This document shows positions 41,323 to 50,059 of a stretch of DNA of 64,000 bases, one piece after another. Where the stretch lies: the NCBI GenBank assembly GCA_002254365.1, contig NIUT01000134.1, positions 3,252 to 67,251 on the forward strand, read 5' to 3'. How positions within the stretch are numbered: position 1 is the first letter of the stretch; the number at the start of each line of letters is the position of its first letter. The notes under the pieces were generated by a model. That model ran no database searches. It saw nothing but the letters and a program-made list of their open reading frames with translations, and was not told the origin of the DNA. This DNA is from Nitrospira sp. UW-LDO-01 (GTDB lineage Bacteria > Nitrospirota > Nitrospiria > Nitrospirales > Nitrospiraceae). The translations under genes were made by a program, and so were the position numbers.

Positions 41323-41444
41323 CAGGATGCTGAAAAAGGCCGCCAGCGACGTTCTCGCGTCGCTCAGCGGCTCACCGTACCGAAGCGTACGCTTCGACCC
41401 TTCGCTTGCTGCGGCCTTGCCGGACCGCCGTTTTGAGCATCCTG
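41323..41444. mobile_element. 122-bp MITE-like element, copy 2
   Basis: TIRs CAGGATGCTGAAAA / TTTTGAGCATCCTG; same length as copy 1 with a shared internal sequence. Confidence 0.75.
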
Positions 41445-41520
41445 ACGTTATGTAAGCATCCGTGCCGTACGGACCATTGTAGCCATCTTGTTGGCATCAA
41501 CCAAGTTTCTCCTCAGCCTG

Positions 41521-42495
41521 CTATGACGCTGATTCGGCCTCAGGGATGGACTCGGTAATGGCTCGGCCCGTATGGGCGATGAACACATCGTCCAGGCGCG
41601 GTCGGTTGTATTGAATGAATTCAATGCTGCAGCCCAATCGATTGGCTGCTTCGAGAATGGCGGGCAGCGCCTTCTCGGGCGACTCCACCCTGATGTCCAG
41701 GCCTTTGGTGGTTGTGCGGACGGATGTGATCGCCGGACGGCCTTTCAAATCGGTCTCCAGTGATGGGATCCGATCCAGTTCCTTGAGGGTCAGGGATACG
41801 ATGTCCCCTCCAAGCGCGATCTTGAGCTCGACCGGAGACCCGAGCGTTTTAATCTTGCCGCCGTCGATGATTGCAAGCCGATCACACAGTTGATCGGCCT
41901 CATCCAGATAGTTGGTCGTCATGACGACCGTCATGCCACGGGTCTTGAGCATCCGGACATATTCCCAAATGCGGAGTCGACTTTGGACGTCGAGTCCTAG
42001 GGTGGGTTCGTCGAGAAACAAAATCTTTGGGTTAGGCAATAGACCACAGGCGATGTCGAGTTTGCGCTTCATGCCGCCGGAATAGGTTTTGGCTGGTCTG
42101 TCGGCATGGTCTTCCAAGTCTACTAGTTTCAGTAGTTCGTTGATGCGCTTCGTGGATTCGTCTTTTGTCAAATGATAGAGCGCACCCAGGAGCTGCAGGT
42201 GTTCACGACCGGTCAGAAATCGATCGATCGCCCGTTCTTGGGGGACATACCCGATAAGAGTTCGGACCGTATCCGCTTCACGCACGGTGTCGTGCCCCAT
42301 CACAGTGGCCGTCCCCGATGTGGGGTGCAGCAGCGTGATCAGCGTACGCAGGGTTGTGCTCTTGCCCGCGCCGTTCGGCCCCAGTAAGCCGAAAATTTCT
42401 CCGGCGTAGACCTGGAACGAGAGGTCATCGACAGCTTTATGGCTGTCATAGGTTTTACAGAGACGGTTGACATCGATCGCGATCATACGGTCCAT
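41521..42495 (-). CDS. ABC transporter ATP-binding protein (DrrA-like)
   Basis: GPNGAGKST, YSGGMKRKL, LFLDEPT. Confidence 0.93.
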   Translation of the reverse strand: MDRMIAIDVNRLCKTYDSHKAVDDLSFQVYAGEIFGLLGPNGAGKSTTLRTLITLLHPTSGTATVMGHDTVREADTVRTLIGYVPQERAIDRFLTGREHLQLLGALYHLTKDESTKRINELLKLVDLEDHADRPAKTYSGGMKRKLDIACGLLPNPKILFLDEPTLGLDVQSRLRIWEYVRMLKTRGMTVVMTTNYLDEADQLCDRLAIIDGGKIKTLGSPVELKIALGGDIVSLTLKELDRIPSLETDLKGRPAITSVRTTTKGLDIRVESPEKALPAILEAANRLGCSIEFIQYNRPRLDDVFIAHTGRAITESIPEAESAS

Positions 42496-42793
42496 TTAGT
42501 CCCAGCCTTTTATGCCATGATGCTCGTGCAGTATGAATTGAACGAGATTGTTCAATCGACGAGCGCGCCGGTGTAGCCCCTTGGCTTCCAGCAGAAATTG
42601 TTTTTCCAACGGAGTAGCGGCTAAATCGGATGTACGGAGATGGTTGACGTTGAGAGCCATCGTACGATCCATTTAGTCCCAACCCGTTAGGCCTTGATGC
42701 TCGTGTAGCATGAATTGAACGAGATCGTTCAATCGACGAGCGCGCTGGTGCAGCCCCTCGGCCTCCAGCAGAAATTGTTTTTCCAACGGTGTA
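42457..42793. repeat. Diverged tandem direct repeat, about 160 bp at a period of 177 bp
   Basis: 42493-42612 vs 42670-42789: 12 mismatches in 120 nt, no indels. Confidence 0.9.
42496..42672 (-). other. Chimeric 58-aa mini-ORF (ABC ATPase N-terminus + Lon-N protein C-terminus)
   Basis: MDRTMALNVNHLRTSDLAATPLEKQFLLEAKGLHRRARRLNNLVQFILHEHHGIKGWD*; may be a non-functional scar. Confidence 0.5.
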
Positions 42794-43362
42794 CAGTCCA
42801 AATAGGTTGATAGAGTGTTCACCAAGACTTCATCACTGACTTCTTCACGGAAGAATCCTTGCCACGCCGCACTGTCCTCTCGCTGTTGCAGGTATCGTCC
42901 GAGCACGTCAATCAACGCCTTCCGCACATTCGTGGTCAACCCTTCTTCGGTGCACATGGGCGTGACCCGAATCGTGGCTTCGCGATAGGGTTTATCGAAG
43001 TGCTCATTGGTGAGCTCGCACCGTTCCAGTCCTTGCAGCAAGATGTTGGAGCGACCATCCGGTAAGGGCTGTACGCTGACGATTCGTCCGACACAGAGCG
43101 CAGGAAAGATAGCCGGATTGCCATAATAGTCGGGCTCCCACCCTTCCTTCAGGAGCGCCATGGCGATACATTGGCCGCCCACCGTGACATCAGCCACCAT
43201 CTGGCGATACCGAGATTCAAAAATGTGGAGTGGGAGATAGGTTTTCGGGAAAAAGACCACATTCGGTAACGGAAACACAGGAAGCCGATCGGGAATAGGA
43301 AACGGTTCAATGGTTTTGGACGAGCTTCGACCAGACGGCCCCCGCTCATGATCAGTTTGCAT
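42673..43362 (-). CDS. LON peptidase substrate-binding (N-terminal) domain protein
   Basis: LPVFPLPNVVFFP, LHIFESRYRQMV, DGRSNILLQGLER; no protease domain. Confidence 0.88.
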   Translation of the reverse strand: MQTDHERGPSGRSSSKTIEPFPIPDRLPVFPLPNVVFFPKTYLPLHIFESRYRQMVADVTVGGQCIAMALLKEGWEPDYYGNPAIFPALCVGRIVSVQPLPDGRSNILLQGLERCELTNEHFDKPYREATIRVTPMCTEEGLTTNVRKALIDVLGRYLQQREDSAAWQGFFREEVSDEVLVNTLSTYLDCTPLEKQFLLEAEGLHQRARRLNDLVQFMLHEHQGLTGWD

Positions 43363-43549
43363 GGGCCACGATAGCTGACGCTTGTGAAAATTGTCAACGC
43401 TGGTGCTTGGCCGCTGATCTGGAATGAAATGCGAAACACCGCTCTCAGACTGCCGATTGGTTCATGGACTCGACGCGTGGTATAACCGGAGCGGATGGGG
43501 GCTCCCATCACGCGAAAGACTTGACCGTGGACTAGGAGGCGAGGCAAGT

Positions 43550-44671
43550 GTGACCAATTCTTGGCGGATCGGAATAGTTGGGGCCTGGCTGAGTGTCGCG
43601 GTCGCGCTGGTAGTTGGCGCAAGTGCCGCGCCTACCCCTTTCCAGCCGGCGACGGCCGGGTACCAGTACACCTTTCCAAGGGACCATGGCTCGCATCCGA
43701 CCTATCGGACCGAATGGTGGTACTACACCGGCCACCTGCATGCTCAGGACGGACGGTCATTCGGCTTCGAATTGACGTTTTTCCGACGCGGTATTCCGCC
43801 TGAGGATGTAACCACGCTCCCCTCCAAATGGTCGGTGAAGGATCTATATCTGGCCCACTTTGCGATCACCGACATCAAGGGTAAGCGATTTCATTTCTCA
43901 GAGAAGCTCAGTCGTGAAGGCCTGGGGAAGGCGGGAGCTGACGAATCGAAGCTCAGAGTTTGGATTGACGATTGGCGAGCCGAGGCGGCGACGGATGTAT
44001 CCGGCGTACATACGTTGATCGCGGGAGACGGTACGCACGACCTTTCTCTCACGTTGCGGCCGGCTAAGCCACTGGTCGCGCACGGTGCGGCTGGCATCAG
44101 CAAAAAGGGGAAAGAGGTAGGTCAGGCCTCTCACTACTATTCGTTCACGAGGCTCATCACGAACGGGAAGTTGACGATCGATGGAGAATCCTTCGATGTC
44201 ACGGGTCTCAGTTGGATGGACCATGAGTTCGGGTCAGGGGACCTTGGGGCCAATCAAGTCGGCTGGGATTGGTTCAGCATTCAGTTAGAAGACAACACCG
44301 AGCTCATGCTCTATCGCATGCGGTTGAAAGATGGATCGTCCGATCTGGCATCAAGCGGCACGGTCGTCTTCTCTGACGGACGGAGTCGTCATATGGACGT
44401 GGCAGACTTTCAGATCGAATCGAGTGGCACCTGGACCAGCGCCGAGAGCAAAGCGACGTATCCGGCTAAATGGCAGTTGAAATTCCAATCTCTTGACGTC
44501 GTACTGGACGTCGTCCCGCTGCTTGCCGATCAGGAGTTGCGCACGTCGCGCAGCAGCCGAGTCTCCTATTGGGAAGGGGCGGTGGCAGTGACCGGGAGCA
44601 AGCAGGGCCGCCCGATTAAAGGACAAGGCTATGTTGAGTTAACCGGCTATGCCGAACGACTCAAGATGTAG
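43550..44671 (+). CDS. Lipocalin-like AttH/CrtC-family exported protein
   Basis: FPRDHGSHP, TEWWYYTG, SHYYS, WMDHEF, GWDWF, YWEG, GYVELTGY; GTG start 43550. Confidence 0.85.
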   Translation: MTNSWRIGIVGAWLSVAVALVVGASAAPTPFQPATAGYQYTFPRDHGSHPTYRTEWWYYTGHLHAQDGRSFGFELTFFRRGIPPEDVTTLPSKWSVKDLYLAHFAITDIKGKRFHFSEKLSREGLGKAGADESKLRVWIDDWRAEAATDVSGVHTLIAGDGTHDLSLTLRPAKPLVAHGAAGISKKGKEVGQASHYYSFTRLITNGKLTIDGESFDVTGLSWMDHEFGSGDLGANQVGWDWFSIQLEDNTELMLYRMRLKDGSSDLASSGTVVFSDGRSRHMDVADFQIESSGTWTSAESKATYPAKWQLKFQSLDVVLDVVPLLADQELRTSRSSRVSYWEGAVAVTGSKQGRPIKGQGYVELTGYAERLKM

Positions 44672-44787
44672 GGTGCACGCGTAGTCCTCCATTCACTCCG
44701 CCAACATGTTTCCTTGCTGATTGGCTTCACCTGGGAGGAGAGATGAGGAGAGGATCGCAGGCAGTTAGGTGTCTGCTAATCAAAACG

Positions 44788-44820
44788 TGGCTGCCTGGGA
44801 ATGAGCTTCCCAGGCAGCCA
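44788..44820. terminator. Perfect 14-bp hairpin between convergent genes
   Basis: TGGCTGCCTGGGAA-tgagc-TTCCCAGGCAGCCA. Confidence 0.7.
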
Positions 44821-44852
44821 TAGCGATCATCCGGGTTCTATCCCCATCACGC

Positions 44853-46352
44853 TTACAGCGGGTGGACCACACCGGCAAACTGTAGGAGATCTCGCATAAA
44901 GAACTTTCCTGAACCTGCCGATGAAGGCAGTGTAGGCGTCCACGAGCTATCCTGCTTCAGGTAGCTGGAGGGGTCCCCTTCCAGCAAGCCGATGAAGACT
45001 TCGGTAACGATGCGCGCCCCGACCGCGCCCAGCCGCTCGCCGTTTTGCGTTTTCTCCGCTTCGCGCAGCACATAAAACCACAGCGGCGTGCGTGTGTCGA
45101 GCCCATGCGGCGCCAGGTCGGTAAAGTCGCCGACCGGCAACACCGGCAGCTTCATGGCTTTGGCAACGGCCTGACCGGATGGCAGCTTGAACGTGAGGTG
45201 CCGCAGCAGATTGCGCTGTGCAAGCGATTGCGGCTCGCCCGCGGGGAATCCGATCAGATCCATCAGCACCGTGGAAAGTTTGGTATCGATTTTCTTGTTG
45301 GGACGCACGTTGCCGTCGCCGAAATCAAAGAACGTTTGCCAATCGATAAACCGGCGTGGTTTGCGCAGTCCACCGCGCATGTCGTCGGGATCTGGGTTGG
45401 CCGAATTCGCAGGGGTATCGACAAACAACCGCAGGAATACATCCTGGTTTGCGGCAGGGCCAAAGTTCATCCGATACGACGGACGTACTTGCGAGTGCCC
45501 GAACCGATAGGCTGCCACCGCAAACTCGACCGGGATAAACGGCTCGTTGCGCCATTTGTAGAATTTGCGGCCGTTGTTCAGCACGTTGTCCACGACGTTC
45601 TGGCCGCAGGTCTTGGGCAAAAATTCATGCACCAAGATCCACTGGTAATGCCAGCGCACCAACCGCTGCGCCTCTTGAAACACGGCATGTGGAGAGGTCA
45701 GCCCGGTCGTCGTGCGCACATGATCAACACACTTGTTGTGAAACATCAGGAACGCCATGTGCAATTGCGACAACACCAGATTTTCGTCGCTGCGCACGTC
45801 GCCGATGAGTGCCGTGCCCTGGCTGTTGCGCGGCAGGTCCATGCGCAGCACGCCGCCGCGTGATTGCGTATCGGACCCCGGAATCGTTTCGACCAGCAGT
45901 TTTGCCGGGTCGTTGGCATCGTAAAGATGCGCGTTATTCGCCGGCCCCTGGCCGTAGACGTTGTCAAGCGCCAGCGTGGGCGTACGAAAGTTCTGAATCG
46001 CTTCGGGATCGACCTGCTGTTCGAGGCTGGAGGTTGTATCGAGCGTGATGTCGTGATCGACGAACTGCCCGAGAAACGTCATGCCTGCGGTCATGGTCGG
46101 GTTGTTGGGATTGTTGACGTTCAATGCCGCTTCGGTGATCAGATCCTTGGCCGATGCAGCAGGATCGTCCTTCGCATCGATGATACCGCCTGGCTCGCCG
46201 ATTTTCATCAGCGCGGCGCGGATGGTGGGTGTGTCCGCTGCGAACGCTGGCAGCGTGGGAAACATGCGACCGAAACGGCCCTGATCGAAATAGCGCGAAT
46301 TCGGCGGATTTTCGCCGCGCAACATGGACCCGTGTCGACTCATCTTACTCAT
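44853..46352 (-). CDS. Heme peroxidase, peroxidase-cyclooxygenase (animal-type) superfamily
   Basis: TFLGQFVDHDIT distal His, GDVRSDEN, AAYRFGHS proximal His, PLWFYVLREAE. Confidence 0.9.
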   Translation of the reverse strand: MSKMSRHGSMLRGENPPNSRYFDQGRFGRMFPTLPAFAADTPTIRAALMKIGEPGGIIDAKDDPAASAKDLITEAALNVNNPNNPTMTAGMTFLGQFVDHDITLDTTSSLEQQVDPEAIQNFRTPTLALDNVYGQGPANNAHLYDANDPAKLLVETIPGSDTQSRGGVLRMDLPRNSQGTALIGDVRSDENLVLSQLHMAFLMFHNKCVDHVRTTTGLTSPHAVFQEAQRLVRWHYQWILVHEFLPKTCGQNVVDNVLNNGRKFYKWRNEPFIPVEFAVAAYRFGHSQVRPSYRMNFGPAANQDVFLRLFVDTPANSANPDPDDMRGGLRKPRRFIDWQTFFDFGDGNVRPNKKIDTKLSTVLMDLIGFPAGEPQSLAQRNLLRHLTFKLPSGQAVAKAMKLPVLPVGDFTDLAPHGLDTRTPLWFYVLREAEKTQNGERLGAVGARIVTEVFIGLLEGDPSSYLKQDSSWTPTLPSSAGSGKFFMRDLLQFAGVVHPL

Positions 46353-46981
46353 GCGTGGTGCTCCTTCTATAAGAATTGTGAATAACGATATGACCGCATC
46401 ATCCGGGCTCTATTCTATTCGTGCTGTACCATCTACCGAGGAGGCATGGGGCCTATCTATGGCATTCACCGCAAGCGAGCCTGGTTGGAGTTATGGACAG
46501 AGGCTGTCATGTCTGGCAGCAGTTCTCGTGCTCGTACTATCCAATTTAGATCCGTTCGCTGTATCCTCCTTTCCATTAATGCTTCCCCACGCAGACCGAT
46601 CACTCCCCAAATCCATGTGCCTTTGGCAGACTCCTCACCTGCGCGGAGGCAAGTTTAGTGCCGTCACGGCGGATCGCTACTCGATAGAGAGGTACTCCTA
46701 TGTATACGTAGGCTCAACAGGGGCTTGAACCGGTGGTTTCATGACACGGATTCAGCGGATGTGTATCGAAAGTGATTCACACTGAATCTAAACCGATACA
46801 ATCAGGGCGTCCGTATGGGGGTAGTAATTATGCAGCGAGGAGTTGACGAATTCTTTGTGGTACCGGTCTCGGTCAGGTCGGATGTTTAATAACTGTCAGT
46901 TCCTAAGCAGCAGGTGAAATCGTTAGCATCATCGCGCAATGAAAGCCTTGAGGTGTGCAACATAGGACAGGGCTAATCTCC

Positions 46982-47866
46982 TCATGCGGTAGTGCTCATT
47001 GGTCGTTTCGCCAGCTTTCGTATTCGTAGCGCCGCCTTTACGCCTTTCTTCGCTGGATGACGCACAGCATGGCGGAGCAGCCACTTTCGCTCCTTTGTCG
47101 CACCCTCTAGCCAACGCTCACAGAGTTCAAAGGCGAGACGGGGATGGTCCTTGGCAATGTCGCCGAGGTGATTGGCCACGCTTCGACGGACATAGAGATC
47201 GGCATCGTCCTTCAGTACTTCAAGAATGGGCAGCACCGGACGAGGGTCTTTGATAAAGGCCGGGATCCTGGTTGCCCAGGGGAGACGTGGGCGCGTGCCT
47301 TCCGAACAAAGTCGCCGTACATGAGGATCTGAGTCCTTGGTCCATTCCGTCAGTTTCGCCAGCGTGCGCTCCGGCCATCGAATGAGAAAGGAACGGATGG
47401 AGAATTCCGCGCTGAAGCGCTTCGTCAGTTCGTACTGCGCCAGCATCGAGATCTCGAACGGATCATGTCCCTCGTTGAGGGCTGGGTCCAGCCCGTAGGT
47501 GGCCACAAAGCTCACATGCGGCAGATAGAAAAACACGGCTGGTCCAAGGTCTTCCATAGCTGTTTGCGGTGGAGTCAATGATTGGATCAGGATATGAATG
47601 GCGTTTCCATAGCGTTTGGGTAGATGCTCGCGGAGTGCTCGCGCCAGGTGATGGCCACGCCGCAGAATACTGAGAGGCTTCAAACCATTCAGCGCCGTAC
47701 GTTGGAATGCCTTTCCGTCAAAAGTCGGATAGACGAGACTGATATTGTGCGCCAGACAGTCGATGGCCTCCCGATCGAGCAAGTCGGCTAGGGACATGCC
47801 TTTCTGAATCGAATGTGGTGCGGAAGGGAGCCGTGGCGTACGGATCGTTGTGCGCTTCGTCAACAT
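46982..47866 (-). CDS. DNA alkylation repair protein (AlkD/AlkC-like HEAT fold)
   Basis: LTKRFSAEFSIR, HVRRLCSEGTRPRLPW, LYVRRSVANHLGDIAKDHP. Confidence 0.88.
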   Translation of the reverse strand: MLTKRTTIRTPRLPSAPHSIQKGMSLADLLDREAIDCLAHNISLVYPTFDGKAFQRTALNGLKPLSILRRGHHLARALREHLPKRYGNAIHILIQSLTPPQTAMEDLGPAVFFYLPHVSFVATYGLDPALNEGHDPFEISMLAQYELTKRFSAEFSIRSFLIRWPERTLAKLTEWTKDSDPHVRRLCSEGTRPRLPWATRIPAFIKDPRPVLPILEVLKDDADLYVRRSVANHLGDIAKDHPRLAFELCERWLEGATKERKWLLRHAVRHPAKKGVKAALRIRKLAKRPMSTTA

Positions 47867-48245
47867 CCTGAGAGGTATGTCTGTTCGTTACAGAGAAGTC
47901 AACCAGCTTGGAGGGGGTGGAGCATGAGTGTTGTTGAGATAAGTGTCGATCAGCTGAAATATATCCGTCGATATTTGTGAGGGAGGGACTTGCGACGAAT
48001 GGAATTCTGTGTGGATTTTTGCCACCAGTAGAATATCTTCGGGTCTTGCCCCAATTTTCCCCCGAACGCTCCTGCCATAAAATTTTGTCCAATCAGGCGG
48101 GCAATTTACTCGGCGGGTGAGCGCCGGCCTGGCTAGACGATCACCTGCGAGAGCTGGCTCCTCCCGCATCGAGAAGTCCGCACCAGTATCCTAAACCAAC
48201 ATAAGGGCCGATGCCCTGGACTTTCTTTCACCAAAGGAGGATGCC

Positions 48246-48380
48246 ATGGATAAGGTTTGGTTGTATGTCGGTGGGATTATTCTCGGAACGGCGGTATTGA
48301 TCTATGCCGTGCTCACCACGGTGAGTAGTACGACTCCTCCGGCTAGCGATCTGCGGGCGGCGTACGAAACGGCGAAATAG
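48246..48380 (+). CDS. Small single-TM membrane protein (44 aa)
   Basis: AAAGGAGG RBS 5 nt before ATG; MDKVWLYVGGIILGTAVLIYAVLTTVSSTTPPASDLRAAYETAK*. Confidence 0.65.
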   Translation: MDKVWLYVGGIILGTAVLIYAVLTTVSSTTPPASDLRAAYETAK

Positions 48381-48491
48381 GGAGTCATCACTGGCCTTCC
48401 TGAGCGCCTGACGCCAGCGGGGTCCCCGGTTTCCTTCTAGCACGAAGCATGAACGGACCCGAAGGGGGGGGTGTGAGCCATTCCCACCAGC

Positions 48492-48538
48492 GAACCTGCC
48501 ATGTGAGAGAAGACTTCTCCCAACGCATGGCAGGTTTC
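48492..48538. terminator. Long hairpin between convergent genes
   Basis: ACCTGCCATG ... CATGGCAGGT outer stem plus GAGAA/TTCTC inner stem. Confidence 0.55.
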
Positions 48539-48631
48539 GTATGGGAGGTGAGATTGTGGTTGGTCAAGAGCTTTTCCTCTATCTGAGGTAGAACTAAGAG
48601 GGTCTGAAGCCCTTAAATATTCCTCATATGG

Positions 48632-49405
48632 TCACAGTACACCTGAGATTAGCCCACAGCCAACCACAATCAACAGGGCTGACACCATCAGTTGAATCGA
48701 CCGAAACGTGACCTTCTTGAGCATCTTTCCACCAATGTAGGCCCCGGCAAAGGCAGACAAGCTCGCGCCCATGACCAACTGCCATGCGATGGCCTCCCCA
48801 TGTGCTGAGATATCTGTGCCGTAGACGGTCATGCGGGACAGATCCACCATGACGGCGAGCACGATCCCGGTGGCGACGAACGCCTCTTTCTCAAGTCCGG
48901 CCTTAATCAGAAACATGCTCCGAAAGGCGCCTTGATGCCCCGACAAGCCGCCGAAGAACCCACTGATCAGGCCGCCGAGCGGCAGCCATCGGCGATCGAG
49001 CGCGATCTTGGAGAAGGTGGGAGAAAGCTCCAAGACCACGAAAGATATGATGAGGAATCCGATCACGAGCTTGAGAGCCGAGACCTGCCGAGCGCTACCA
49101 AGCGCATGATATTCGTAGATCGGTTTGACTTCCCCCAGGTATGTCAGCAATGCCGCTCCGACAAAGGCTGCTGCGATTGCTGGCAACCCGAACCGTAGCA
49201 GTACAGAGGAGTCGGCTTTTCGTCCGAGCAGTCCTATTTTAAAGAGGTTGTTCGCTAGATGGACTATGGCGGTCATCGCAATCGCCAGTTCCAGCGGGAA
49301 GAAGAGGACGACCACGGGCATCAGCAGCGTGCCAAGCCCGAACCCAGAAAATAGCGTGAAGGACGACGCCAGTAACGATGCGATGCAGACAATGAGGAAC
49401 TCCAC
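48632..49405 (-). CDS. TSUP (TauE/SafE) family membrane transporter
   Basis: SGFGLGTLLMP, HLANN, GFFGGLSGHQG. Confidence 0.88.
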   Translation of the reverse strand: MEFLIVCIASLLASSFTLFSGFGLGTLLMPVVVLFFPLELAIAMTAIVHLANNLFKIGLLGRKADSSVLLRFGLPAIAAAFVGAALLTYLGEVKPIYEYHALGSARQVSALKLVIGFLIISFVVLELSPTFSKIALDRRWLPLGGLISGFFGGLSGHQGAFRSMFLIKAGLEKEAFVATGIVLAVMVDLSRMTVYGTDISAHGEAIAWQLVMGASLSAFAGAYIGGKMLKKVTFRSIQLMVSALLIVVGCGLISGVL

Positions 49406-49507
49406 TATGATTCTCCGAAGTGGCGAGAGACCGTCCTGGAAGATAGCAGTTGTATCGGAAGGAGGCGAGGAATGAATGGTCGTATTCGAGAGAAATACTT
49501 TGCCCGC

Positions 49508-49942
49508 TCACGAATTGCGAGGCGTTCCATCTTCGAAATGGAGTGAATGCAGACCATCCGGGCTAAGTGTTTCAAGAATTAGCCGTGGGCGATTACCGCG
49601 TAATGTATCGCAAATGCGGTTGTGAAGTTCGTCGAAGGTCATGCTCGCGTACTGCTTTCCGTCAAGCGTCAGAAGTGGATTCGAATACTCTTGAGGATGT
49701 CGCACAGTTCCCTTCTCCGTCTCCGCGGTGATGATCACGACAGCTCGCATGAATTCGGCATCACCATCCTCATCTGTGGCGAGGGCGGGAGGGAGGAACT
49801 CGGCATAGGGATCTCCGTCCTCGTAACCGAGTCCAGGCGTCGAGGAGCCGATATGCGCCGTCACCTCAATCCATTCGCATCCGGCGTGGACGTCTCCATA
49901 CCTCGGGAACTTCAGACGCCAGAGTGTTGCGTAGATGCTCAT
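49508..49942 (-). CDS. Hypothetical protein (cassette-like)
   Basis: 144-aa ORF starting 14 nt after an attC-like site. Confidence 0.7.
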   Translation of the reverse strand: MSIYATLWRLKFPRYGDVHAGCEWIEVTAHIGSSTPGLGYEDGDPYAEFLPPALATDEDGDAEFMRAVVIITAETEKGTVRHPQEYSNPLLTLDGKQYASMTFDELHNRICDTLRGNRPRLILETLSPDGLHSLHFEDGTPRNS

Positions 49943-49956
49943 AGTGGTTTAGGAGT

Positions 49957-50059
49957 GTCTAAGCGGCCGCTCTAGCCGCAGTGGCTAGCAAGATCCTTGA
50001 ATGTAATCCCGTCTTGAACCTTCCTCGATGATGCCACCAGCTCTAGCGGTTAGTTGGGC
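49957..50059 (-). mobile_element. Degenerate attC-like site
   Basis: Minus strand: GCCCAAC (RYYYAAC match) at the HEPN gene's stop, imperfect stem CCGCTAGAGC...GCTAGAGCGG, end CTTAGAC (GTTRRRY with G>C); 103 bp. Confidence 0.5.

Noticed and set aside
45045-45863. 272-aa plus-strand ORF
   Set aside because: Antisense to the GC-rich peroxidase gene; typical shadow ORF
46324-46980. 134-aa ORF and long spacer upstream of the peroxidase
   Set aside because: No motifs or RBS; no riboswitch or attC consensus found by eye
47888-48169. 93-aa minus-strand ORF
   Set aside because: No recognisable family or RBS; possibly a gene remnant but unsupported
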